Assembly: GCA_964417635.1 (NCBI GenBank)
Contig: CAYQIY010000008.1
Coordinates: forward strand, 46,461-110,460
Length of the DNA: 64,000 nt
DNA from: an uncultured Pseudomonadota bacterium
Lineage (GTDB): Bacteria; Bacillota; Sulfobacillia; JAUYEF01
Reading direction: 5' to 3'
Position numbers and translations under genes: made by a program. The notes below the pieces were generated by a model, which was not told the DNA's origin, made no database searches, and saw nothing but the letters and a program-made list of their open reading frames with translations. Within the stretch, counting starts at the first letter, position 1; every line of letters starts with the position of its first letter. This document shows positions 18,462 to 27,462 of the stretch, in pieces.

Positions 18462-19711
18462 CGCCTATGCTCTGGCACGTACGTGACGAATATGGGGCTG
18501 CTCCACGCCATCTCACCGTCAGATTGCATCACCCGAACGTAGTAGGGTACGCAAACACCTTGTGGAGGCGTGTCTTTGTGTGTTGCCTCTATTTCTGACG
18601 GATTTGGCTTTCGCGGTACTGTGCTCAGCGAAACAAAAAGATCGACACCGCCTGCATCAATTCGCTGTTCTGTTGCGCGTATTCGTGACAGGTCTAAGCT
18701 GAACTTAGTGACCGGAGAGTCAAAGCAAAGTCTGGCCGAGTCAGGTGCATCTACCTCGACTATCACTCCATCGATATCTCCAGATGTGTGTGATTGCCAG
18801 CTCACAGAACGCTCATTCCAACCTGTGATGCCTTCGGCGGGGTTATCAAAGGCGAAGCCTTTGGCTGATACGATTTTGCCACCGGTGAGTGTAAGATTGC
18901 CGCTCCAATCAGCGTATCGCTTTCGGCTTCTTAGCCTGTTACCTCCCCAGGCCACCCGGATAAGCGACGGATCGGGGTCTTGGTTTAGCGGGTAGCTGTA
19001 CACGCTGTCAAGCGCCCTGCGAATTTCGACTGAATGAAGCGGCGCTGTGCCAACTACGTGCACCCAGAACTCAGGCGGTGTCGAAGTCAGCACTTCTTCT
19101 CCCATGTGGTGGTCGCGCATACCGAACTCCAGCAATATCCGCTCGCCGCTCGTGGCGTAACAACGCCTGGCCTTAAGCGCCTCCCATATGGATTGCCTAG
19201 TTCTGTCCACGGACAAAACAGCCGTGAGCCCGTTTCTTACGCCGAACGCTCGTCCTGTCGGGTAACTGCTACCTGGTCTTCCTGTATGATCATCGCCTGT
19301 GGCCACTACACCCGTTTTGTAGCCCCTCTTGATCGCTTCTTCAAAAAACCACTCGAATCTGCCGTGACACGAACAGATTTCGACCACAGGCTCCAACTCT
19401 GGGTCGTGGAATTCAAGGTTTGCATACCTACCTCCCACGTGAGGCACGACCATTATCTTGTGCTGGAGCGGGCGAAGCGTGTCGTAGAGCTCGGTTATGG
19501 GGTAGCGGTCGTTGTGCTCGTCGGATTTGTCGGGTACCTGCCAGTGGCTTGAGCGATGAAGCGTCATGTCGTCATCGGTGGTGTAGACGTTGTGGTCTCC
19601 GCCACCAGGTGTTGTACCACTCCACTCATAGCCCAGAAAAGTGACGAATTTGCCGGGTTCGTGGTAGCGTTTTGTGACCTGCTTCAGTTCTTCCCAGTGC
19701 TCGGTGTGCAC
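18458..19711 (-). CDS. C-terminal part of a PHP-fold/DUF3604-like metal-dependent hydrolase candidate (frame continues upstream without a stop)
   Basis: Motifs FLGYEWSG, CSCHGRFEWF, GVVATGDDHTGRPGSSYP and CYATSGERI are present. The same frame is open upstream through 19870. It overlaps the 3' end of the upstream ORF. Confidence 0.4.
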   Translation of the reverse strand: MHTEHWEELKQVTKRYHEPGKFVTFLGYEWSGTTPGGGDHNVYTTDDDMTLHRSSHWQVPDKSDEHNDRYPITELYDTLRPLQHKIMVVPHVGGRYANLEFHDPELEPVVEICSCHGRFEWFFEEAIKRGYKTGVVATGDDHTGRPGSSYPTGRAFGVRNGLTAVLSVDRTRQSIWEALKARRCYATSGERILLEFGMRDHHMGEEVLTSTPPEFWVHVVGTAPLHSVEIRRALDSVYSYPLNQDPDPSLIRVAWGGNRLRSRKRYADWSGNLTLTGGKIVSAKGFAFDNPAEGITGWNERSVSWQSHTSGDIDGVIVEVDAPDSARLCFDSPVTKFSLDLSRIRATEQRIDAGGVDLFVSLSTVPRKPNPSEIEATHKDTPPQGVCVPYYVRVMQSDGEMAWSSPIFVTYVPEHRR

Positions 19712-20646
19712 CTGGAAGTCGTTCGCGTTGTGAGCGGTGAAATCAAGCAGCGAGACGTCTCTTGCATGCCGAAAGTATTCGTCGATGCTGCCGTGCCTAT
19801 TGAGTAGCCGCTCTGGCCGTGAAAATCTCCCCAGTACAATCTGTGTTCCGCGGGAGATTGGAGCACTTGAATCGGATTCGTGTTACACGAAAGGCCGGTT
19901 GGTGTATGACTAAAGCGCAGCACATGCACGCCAGGACGCGTGAACTGCGCGCCGTAAGCGGCCACTTCGCCCCGGACTGAGTGGTTGCGTGCTCTGGTTT
20001 CAATCATGACGTGCTCGTCTCGCAAGATCTCAACCTCGCCGCCTTCTAGATGTGCCGGATTGCCAAACATGTCTTCGGCTTTCAAGAACACATCTATCGT
20101 CTGGCCGACCGAACACCTGGACTCGGCCAGCGCAAGAAGTCTTGCAACTGGTGCGGATACCACCTTGAGACAGGTGTCGCCCGGCACTTCATAGAACACA
20201 TCTGTCTCGAAACACTCCACTGCCACGCGAAACTCGAACCGTGTTTCGACGAACGACTGAGCTTTCATGCCACGACTGCCTGAATTTGTGTCGCCGAAGG
20301 TTAGCACAACCTTGTCTCCTTCGCTCAACGAACCGTCGTACACGGTTACAACAAGAGTCTTGAAAAACGGTCTTAGGTAGCCTTTAGGTGCAAACTCCAG
20401 CCGCACTTTGGCACTTTGCTGCGTCAGCACTGTTGCCGTGGTGTAGTTGTCTTCTCGCGGCTCATCCATCTGCCATACACCCCAGTCGCTGGCGTGCCGC
20501 ATCGCCACTTTCAGCCGACCTCCGTCATCAACGCCGTACTTTCCCACGACGTATGTCAGTGTCCAAGTGCCATAAGAGCCAGCCACGACCGGCGCCGACG
20601 GCGAAATCTCGGCATATCCAAGCCAGTTGGCATCATTTCGCTTCAC
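19684..20646 (-). CDS. N-terminal part of the same gene (beta-rich N-domain followed by a YWGDFHGQSGYS PHP-like start), terminated by an apparent frameshift
   Basis: It ends ...LYWGDFHGQSGYSIGTAAS and then runs into a stop. The -1 frame continues into the downstream ORF. Confidence 0.4.
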   Translation of the reverse strand: MKRNDANWLGYAEISPSAPVVAGSYGTWTLTYVVGKYGVDDGGRLKVAMRHASDWGVWQMDEPREDNYTTATVLTQQSAKVRLEFAPKGYLRPFFKTLVVTVYDGSLSEGDKVVLTFGDTNSGSRGMKAQSFVETRFEFRVAVECFETDVFYEVPGDTCLKVVSAPVARLLALAESRCSVGQTIDVFLKAEDMFGNPAHLEGGEVEILRDEHVMIETRARNHSVRGEVAAYGAQFTRPGVHVLRFSHTPTGLSCNTNPIQVLQSPAEHRLYWGDFHGQSGYSIGTAASTNTFGMQETSRCLISPLTTRTTSRCTPSTGKN

Positions 20647-20779
20647 AGTATCACCTTCTAATCATGGTATGGGGCATAGTGCTCGGATTCCACACACCGA
20701 GTGCACTTCCTGCCATTTGCCAACGCCCAGATAGGGAAAGGGGCACACGAGAGAGAAAGACTGCGTGGGGTGATCTAAG

Positions 20780-22618
20780 ATGACACACGGTATGAACATG
20801 CTCATTGCGGATGTTGATCTTGCGACGCGTAGCACAAGGAAGGTGTATATAGACGAGTCGCTTTTGAGAGCGTATTTCGCCGGAAGTGGGCTTGCCGCAT
20901 ATTACCTGTGCGCCGAAGAGCACGCGGCAGAAGAGCCTGTGTTCTTCATTGTGGGGTTGCTGACGGGCACGGCCGTACCTGCGGCGTGCAAAATGTCTGT
21001 GTGCGCCAAGTCACCGCTTACAGGTGTGTGGTCTGAGTCTACAGTAGGTGGCTATTTCCCTCAGCAGCTTAAGACGGCGGGATTTGATGGTCTGGTGCTG
21101 CGGGGTAAATCTGAAGAACCAGTTTATATCTGGCTCAGCGCCGGAGAGGTCGAAATCCGCTCGGCTGCTCACCTCTGGACAAAGAACACGTACGAGACAG
21201 CCGACATCTTAAGAGGTGAGCTGGGCAACAGAGTGCAGGTCGGATGCATAGGGCCTGCTGGAGAGCACGAAGTGCCCATGGCGAGCATCATGTTTGGCGG
21301 CCATGATAGCAGAGCGGCTGGCAGGTGCGGAATGGGTGCGCTGCTCGGCTCGAAGAAAGTGAAGGCGATAGCCGCAAGAGGCGAAGGGCGCGTGCAGGTT
21401 GCTTCTGCAGAGCGACTCGCTCAGTCGGTTAAACAGAACGCTAAGAGCATACGAGAGTACGCGATCGGGCTTCACGACTTCGGAACTGCAGGCGGGGTCG
21501 AAGCGGTGGAGGCAAACGGCGACCTTCCCATCAAGAACTGGACACTCGGCTCGTGGGAAGAAGGCGCGCGCAAGATAGGCGGGAGGGCGCAAGCAGAAGA
21601 GATACTCGTGGGTCACTACGCCTGCTGGGCATGCCCGATACGCTGCGGCAAAGACGTTCAGTTGAGAGTCGGGCCTCATGCGGGAGAGCGAAGCCACGGC
21701 CCGGAGTACGAGACTTGCGCCGGGTTTGGGCCTATGGTGCTAAATGAGGACATGCATTACCTGGCAGCAGCAAACGACCTATGCAACAGGCTAGGGTTGG
21801 ACACGATCTCCACATCAAGCGTCATAGCGATGGCGATGGAACTTACCGAGCACGGCATAGAAATTCCCGGGCAAGAGGGGCCGCAGATTACATGGGGAGA
21901 CGGACCTGGGATACTAGGCACCATACGCAAGATTGCATATCTTGAAGATGAGGGCGAATGCTTGGCTCAGGGTGCAAGGCGGCTCGGCGAGATGCTTGGC
22001 GGAGTCGCGCCTGAGTTTGCGGTGCACACAAAGGGACTTGAGGTTGCGTACCACGACCCGCGCGCGTTCACAGCCATGGCCGTGAACTACGCCACTGCAA
22101 ACAGGGGCGGATGCCATCTCGAAGCGCTTACATACTTTGTCGAAAGCGGCGGTGTACCGGCAGAACTGGTGGGAGTGGACGCGCAGATCAGTCCGCACGG
22201 CACAGAGAGCAAATCTCTGCTTGCCAAGCAGATGCAAGACCTAATGAACTCGATGAACGCGCTTGGGTTATGCAAGTTTTTGCTGCGAGGCAGAGTGTCT
22301 GTTGACCTTATGGCTGAGTGGACTCGCTACGTTACGGGGTGGGACATAGCGACAGAACAGATCTACGCTGTCGGCGAGCGGCTTCATACCCTTAAGCGAA
22401 TGTACAACGTGCGCCTCGGCATGAGCCGCAAAGACGACATGTTGCCACCTAGACTTCTCTGCCACGACAGGCGCACCGGGCGTGCCAAAGGCGTGCTACC
22501 GCACCTTGGACATATGCTTGCAGAATACTACGACCTGCGAGGCTGGACCAGCGAGGGTATACCTAAGAGCGATACTCTTGCAAAGTTGGATCTGGGCTGG
22601 CTCAGGTTGCAGAGGTGA
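20780..22618 (+). CDS. aldehyde:ferredoxin oxidoreductase family (tungsten/molybdopterin, AOR-type)
   Basis: The N-terminal AOR_N domain is FDGLVLRGKSEEPVYIW, GCIGPAGEH ... MASIMFG. A C-terminal domain with CxxC-type FeS ligand residues is present. Confidence 0.85.
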   Translation: MTHGMNMLIADVDLATRSTRKVYIDESLLRAYFAGSGLAAYYLCAEEHAAEEPVFFIVGLLTGTAVPAACKMSVCAKSPLTGVWSESTVGGYFPQQLKTAGFDGLVLRGKSEEPVYIWLSAGEVEIRSAAHLWTKNTYETADILRGELGNRVQVGCIGPAGEHEVPMASIMFGGHDSRAAGRCGMGALLGSKKVKAIAARGEGRVQVASAERLAQSVKQNAKSIREYAIGLHDFGTAGGVEAVEANGDLPIKNWTLGSWEEGARKIGGRAQAEEILVGHYACWACPIRCGKDVQLRVGPHAGERSHGPEYETCAGFGPMVLNEDMHYLAAANDLCNRLGLDTISTSSVIAMAMELTEHGIEIPGQEGPQITWGDGPGILGTIRKIAYLEDEGECLAQGARRLGEMLGGVAPEFAVHTKGLEVAYHDPRAFTAMAVNYATANRGGCHLEALTYFVESGGVPAELVGVDAQISPHGTESKSLLAKQMQDLMNSMNALGLCKFLLRGRVSVDLMAEWTRYVTGWDIATEQIYAVGERLHTLKRMYNVRLGMSRKDDMLPPRLLCHDRRTGRAKGVLPHLGHMLAEYYDLRGWTSEGIPKSDTLAKLDLGWLRLQR

Positions 22619-22863
22619 TAGCGTTGATCAAGGTTCGTGTGCAGTTTCGAGGAGGACTCTTGCACCTTACGGACGAGAAAGAGCCTGAAAAGGTGGTTAG
22701 CGTAAGACGTGGTGCGACGCTGGCCGAGGTTGTAGCGGCTTGCGGGCTGGCTTTGCATGAGGTGTTGGGCGCAATGTCAGGTGGTATTCTGAAGAGCCTC
22801 CACGATGAAGTGCAAGATGGAGAGACTCTCGAATTGCTTCCCGTTGTATCAGGTGGGGACTAG
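22615..22863 (+). CDS. MoaD/ThiS-like ubiquitin-fold sulfur-carrier protein, translationally coupled to the AOR gene
   Basis: The protein is 82 aa and ends ...LLPVVSGGD, a Gly-Gly tail with one extra residue. The start overlaps the AOR stop. Confidence 0.6.
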   Translation: MIALIKVRVQFRGGLLHLTDEKEPEKVVSVRRGATLAEVVAACGLALHEVLGAMSGGILKSLHDEVQDGETLELLPVVSGGD

Positions 22864-22959
22864 GCCTCGCTCAAGTACAATGGCCGACCGGCCGATTACA
22901 GGAGTAGGGCATCATGTAGTGTCCGTTGCACATCGCTGGTTACCGAGAGGACTGATAGA

Positions 22960-24414
22960 GTGAACTCCAGGTTTAGGGTGCTGTGTGCCATAAGCATACT
23001 GGCAGTTGCCGTATGCGCGTGTGCAGCGAGCGTGCCTTCTGCAGAAGAACCAATAAGAAAACCTCTTCCCCCTGCAATAACGCGCCTTGGCAGCATAAAC
23101 CTGCCGCCCGCTATAATTGCCAGCAATGCCACCGTGTCTGACTCGGGTAGATGGCTTGCTTTTACAACCAGCCATCGGGAAAGGGATGATGAGCTTATCC
23201 TCGTCTCGCTGGCTGACGGAGAGTCACAGGTTATCGCGAGTGTAGAGCGGAGACTGCTCGAGGCGGGTACGCTTGTGCTGCGAGGTCTTGGGTTTACTGC
23301 TGATTCTTCGAGATACATCTTTGCGCGTCAGGGAACGCAACCAGACGGGCAATACCGAAGCCGCCGAGGCGTGCTGCTGTATGCGTATGACACCAATGAA
23401 CAGAGCGTTGAAGAAGTAGCGTGGCTGGGAGTCAGAAGCGGTAACTATGTCAATCAGTATTACTTCCTACCTGAAGGTGACGTGCTTATCTACGAAGGCG
23501 ACAGCGTGTGGCGTTTGGATGCCGATAGTGGGAGCGCGGCTCTCGTGGTTCGAGCTCTCTCGGGCAACTTTGGAAGCCACAACCCCGTGATCTCGAATTC
23601 AGGCTCGCACCTAGCGTATCCACGACTCTCTCAACACGTGCGTATACACATTACAGATGTCACGAGCGGTGAAGAGATCGCGATCGACTCGCAAGACTCA
23701 GTGCTGTGTTTTTACCCGTCGTGGTCGCCGTCAGGCGAACTGCTGGCGTGTTACTCCGCTCCACGCGCAGAAGACGGCGGGTACTCGTTAATATCGATGG
23801 AAGACGGAGCGTACCCCGCGGCGCAGTGGCTGGACGTGTTCCGCACAGAAGGAACTAGCATTACCAGATATGAGGTTTCTGGCTATTGGCTTGCTTCTAA
23901 GACGTGGTCTCGAGATTCGTCGCTGCTCGCGTTTTTCGGAGTAGTGCCTGACTTATCCGAACCCGGGTTATGCGTGACATGGAAAGCGCTGTATTACGCA
24001 GGTGTTCACGAAAATCCAACCAAGATGGCTGACTTGCCCGAACTGAAGGCGTGGCACGCAAGTGTTGTGAGAGTCTCGTCGCACGATGCGCACGCGCTGA
24101 TATACACGGCCGAGCGAGACAGGCTGTATCATGTGCAAGACGGCCTGATGCATGAGATAGAGATTCCGTACGGGAGACTGGTAGCGTCATCTGAGGAGGC
24201 GCACGACGGTAGTTTTATCGCGTGTATCGACACGGGCCGCAGCACAGATGTTGTTATCATAAGGGGGACGTCTGTGCAGGTGGTGGCTTCCGGTACCGAA
24301 GATAGCTGCTGTGTGCAAAACGGTGGCTCCTACTTCGTGTGGCAAGCAAGACGGCTTGACGACTCCTCCGAACTGATAGTGTTCAGAATAGAGGCGGAAC
24401 AGGACACCCCTTAA
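22960..24414 (+). CDS. secreted/lipid-anchored beta-propeller protein (TolB/WD40-like repeats), function unknown
   Basis: A signal peptide with Cys is present (ILAVAVCACAAS). Repeated SPSGELLA / SNSGSHLAY blades are present. Confidence 0.5.
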   Translation: MNSRFRVLCAISILAVAVCACAASVPSAEEPIRKPLPPAITRLGSINLPPAIIASNATVSDSGRWLAFTTSHRERDDELILVSLADGESQVIASVERRLLEAGTLVLRGLGFTADSSRYIFARQGTQPDGQYRSRRGVLLYAYDTNEQSVEEVAWLGVRSGNYVNQYYFLPEGDVLIYEGDSVWRLDADSGSAALVVRALSGNFGSHNPVISNSGSHLAYPRLSQHVRIHITDVTSGEEIAIDSQDSVLCFYPSWSPSGELLACYSAPRAEDGGYSLISMEDGAYPAAQWLDVFRTEGTSITRYEVSGYWLASKTWSRDSSLLAFFGVVPDLSEPGLCVTWKALYYAGVHENPTKMADLPELKAWHASVVRVSSHDAHALIYTAERDRLYHVQDGLMHEIEIPYGRLVASSEEAHDGSFIACIDTGRSTDVVIIRGTSVQVVASGTEDSCCVQNGGSYFVWQARRLDDSSELIVFRIEAEQDTP

Positions 24415-24500
24415 CCTCTGCGGCACCTTCGTTTTCGGAACCCTCGGCCTGCGATCACAGTCTTACTGTTGTAACTGTAACCGGTCGGGAGGTTGAACTC

Positions 24501-25679
24501 TTGCGGTTGATTCGGTTTGGCGTGTTGCTGAGCGTATTGCTATGTGTGGTGTTTATCTGTGGGTGCAGGCCTGATCAGGCCGTCGCACCAGAACAGCCAA
24601 AACCCCCGAGCATACCCGTATCGCGTGATGGTGACGGTATTGTGCTGGGTCCGTTTTCTGGGTGGGTCCGCGGGGTGGACTGGTTTTGGATGCCTGATGG
24701 CCAAATGCTGATACTTACCGCAGAAAAGCACTCTCAAATAGCGGACGAGCCTGTGATGCAACTATGGGTAGTCGATGCTTCTTCGGGTGACTCACGGCTG
24801 CTGCGTGAGGCGCAGAACACACAGGCAATTTTCCCGATAGCATTTTTGGATGACTCGGTGCTGTGCATCGAAATAGCGCATGGAAGCGAACACAAGAACC
24901 TGATTACCGCTGTGAGCACCGGAGAAAGAGACACAACAGTGCTTGTCGAATTTGAAGGCTTCTTCAAGAGACATGCGGTTACGCCCGATGCGCAATACGT
25001 CAGTGTGTATTACACTGGACGCGAGGGTGGCAGGATAATCCGCGTTAACACCGCCGATGGCGTAACAACCGAACTGGTATCCGCGCTCCCGCTCTCAGAT
25101 GGACTATTCCCCGTGTGGTTTTCTCCGGACGGACGTACTGCTGTAATGCCTGAGACAGAGTACGCCACGCGACCGTTTTTCGTCACTTTGCTCAACCTCA
25201 TCACCGGCGAAAAGCGCAGCCTTGAACTCGGCAAAGAGCCTGTGGAATGGATAAACTGGAGCCCCTCCGGTGATAAATTCGCCTACAAGGTCACAGATGG
25301 AAGGCATAAACGCGTCGACTTGGGTGAGTCGACCATAGTACTTTCGCCGCAGGTGCGTGTGTTGGATAACACCGGCTCGCCACTCGCGCTCATTGAGATG
25401 GTTTCGGGCCGGCTGGCAGGCGCGATTGGCTGGTACGACGAGCACACGCTTGTTATAGGTGAGGGTGAGTCTGTAACCGAAACGTTTCCGGTGTGGACGG
25501 CAACGCTTGACGGCGAAATGCGACGGGCGACTGCCTCGGAGGCAGAGGTGCTGCAGCACAGCGCTGTTCCGTTTCCAATGGAGCGAGGCGAGAGCGCCGA
25601 ATTCAGCGTACAGCATGAGAGCTGGCATGAACAGGGCTCTCCACCGCAGCATGAAATACACATAAGAGCGTTGAGGTGA
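24501..25679 (+). CDS. lipoprotein with TolB-like beta-propeller repeats, paralogue of the upstream gene
   Basis: A lipobox-like VFICGC is present. Blades FSPDGRTAV and WSPSGDKFAY are present. Confidence 0.5.
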   Translation: MRLIRFGVLLSVLLCVVFICGCRPDQAVAPEQPKPPSIPVSRDGDGIVLGPFSGWVRGVDWFWMPDGQMLILTAEKHSQIADEPVMQLWVVDASSGDSRLLREAQNTQAIFPIAFLDDSVLCIEIAHGSEHKNLITAVSTGERDTTVLVEFEGFFKRHAVTPDAQYVSVYYTGREGGRIIRVNTADGVTTELVSALPLSDGLFPVWFSPDGRTAVMPETEYATRPFFVTLLNLITGEKRSLELGKEPVEWINWSPSGDKFAYKVTDGRHKRVDLGESTIVLSPQVRVLDNTGSPLALIEMVSGRLAGAIGWYDEHTLVIGEGESVTETFPVWTATLDGEMRRATASEAEVLQHSAVPFPMERGESAEFSVQHESWHEQGSPPQHEIHIRALR

Positions 25680-25708
25680 GACTTGATGGGCAAGCAGGGG
25701 GCGGTATT

Positions 25709-26248
25709 ATGGATCTACCTATACTAGAGACACAGCGACTGATTCTGCGAAAGATGACGCCGGAAGACGCGGAGCACATGTTCGAATACGCAAGTGATTT
25801 CGAGGTCACAAGGTATGTGTCGTGGAATCCGCACACCAGTGTGCGCGATTCAGAGCGGTTTGTCTTGAGCATGATCGAAACGTACAAGACTAAGGCACCT
25901 TCGTCATGGGGCATCGTGCACAAGCACTCAGCAAAGCTCATAGGCACGATTGGCTTCGTCTCAGTGGACAGAACCCACTCAAGGGCTGAAGTAGGATTTG
26001 CACTGGGCAGGAAATACTGGAGTCAGGGGCTCATGACGGAGGCGTTGGGCGAGGTACTGCGCTTTTCGTTCTCCGACATGGGCCTAAACAGGGTAGTTGC
26101 CAAGTGCTTTGTTGAGAATACCGGCTCAGAGCGAGTGATGCAGAAAGTGGGAATGAAGTTCGAGGGTGTGTGTCGGGAAGAAGCGCTTATCAAAGGCAAG
26201 TTTGTCGACCTTAAGCAGTACGCGATCTTGCGCAGCGAGTTTATCTAG
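25709..26248 (+). CDS. GNAT family N-acetyltransferase (RimJ/RimL-like)
   Basis: LETQRLILRKMTPEDAEHMFEY ... IGTIGF ... the acetyl-CoA motif region. GGGGG lies 7 nt upstream of the ATG at 25709. Confidence 0.8.
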   Translation: MDLPILETQRLILRKMTPEDAEHMFEYASDFEVTRYVSWNPHTSVRDSERFVLSMIETYKTKAPSSWGIVHKHSAKLIGTIGFVSVDRTHSRAEVGFALGRKYWSQGLMTEALGEVLRFSFSDMGLNRVVAKCFVENTGSERVMQKVGMKFEGVCREEALIKGKFVDLKQYAILRSEFI

Positions 26249-26260
26249 ATAGGTGTACAA

Positions 26261-26298
26261 GACGGCCGCCTACGGGCGGCCGTCTCTGCTACTTTCTT
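26261..26298. terminator. bidirectional intrinsic terminator between convergent genes
   Basis: GACGGCCGCC-TACG-GGCGGCCGTC, a perfect 10-bp GC stem, is followed by a T-rich run (TCTGCTACTTTCTT). Confidence 0.7.
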
Positions 26299-27070
26299 AC
26301 CAAGAACAGCCCTGCGACAATCAGCAAGGCGCCGAGCATCTTGCCTGTTGTTAGATGTTCGCCAAGATACAGTCGTGCAAGCAACACAGTGACAATGGGG
26401 TATGCCGAAGTAAACGGCACAACACGAGATGTCTCGTTAAGTCGAAGACCCCAGTAGATAGCAAACTGGTCTATGAGGCCAGCAAGCAACCCGTCTGCTG
26501 CCAGCAGCATTATGGACTGGGTAGGTACCTGCGCGACCAGCACCAGTTTCCCGGAAAATATGGCTGCGAGCAGCACACCTGTTGTAACCACGATAGACGT
26601 ACGGTAAGACCCACCAGTGGGTCGGTCTGAACTAGCCCCAGGCGCGCGAACATCGGCGCCACTCCCCAACATAGCATGGCGACTATGAGTGGCAGCACTT
26701 CAACCAATTGCTGGCACCCTTTCGTACTGGTTTGGCCTGTAAATAATAGTTCTATCTGTTTCAGCAGCGTCAGGCTGAGTCCTTCTCGAAGAGGGGATGC
26801 CTACCTGGTTCCGACCAGCACCAACAGCACACCCGCCAGTACGACAACAACTTTTCCGGTGGAGAGTTCGGACGAGAGAGCTCTCAAGCCAAGCAGGCTC
26901 GCCGAGACGAATATGGCGGGCCCTACGAGGCCGAGCAACGCGTTCACTTGCATTGCTAGTCTGAGGTCTCTAGACTTCCACACGAACAGCGCTGCCGACA
27001 CTTCAATCAGCGCTGAAAGCACACGCAGCAACACTATAGCCATCAGAGTGCGTGCGTAAATCATGCTCAT
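26289..27070 (-). pseudogene. EamA/DMT family transporter, apparently split over three reading frames (frameshift/stop) or two small half-transporters
   Basis: Three overlapping ORFs (26801-27070, 26510-26707, 26289-26672) each encode EamA-like TM segments. The frame changes near 26600 and 26700-26800. Confidence 0.45.
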
Positions 27071-27269
27071 TACCTGCCCTTCTGGCGCTGAAACACTGTA
27101 TGATAAGCCCCGGTAGTTTATACGCCGAAGGCGTGGACGACAGCCCGAGAAGCAGCGGCAACCACGCTTAGAGCGGGTGCCGTGGGACTGTGTTCGACGC
27201 AGAATATCTCTTCAGCACATTTGCAGAGATGGCTACTGAAGTGGTATAGTAAGCGTTGGGGAATATGAT

Positions 27270-27344
27270 GCGGAAGTGGCTCAGTGGTAGAGCATCGCCT
27301 TGCCAAGGCGAGGGTCGAGGGTTCGAATCCCTTCTTCCGCTCCA
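27270..27344 (+). tRNA. tRNA-Gly (anticodon GCC), encoded CCA
   Basis: The acceptor is GCGGAAG/CTTCCGC. The D-arm is GCTCAGTGGTAGAGC. The anticodon loop TTGCCAA gives GCC. The T-arm is GGTTCGAATCC. The discriminator is T, followed by CCA. Confidence 0.9.
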
Positions 27345-27357
27345 GTGTGCAACAGAT

Positions 27358-27386
27358 TGCAGCGGCCGGGCCGCTGTTTTGCTTTC
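27358..27386 (+). terminator. intrinsic terminator after tRNA-Gly
   Basis: GCAGCGGCC-GG-GCCGCTG is followed by TTTTGCTTT. Confidence 0.7.
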
Positions 27387-27462
27387 ATTTGATGGTTAAT
27401 CCGTGCTCATGGTATAATATTTAGGTTGCGAAAACCACATGCTGGTAGGTGTTCATCAGATA

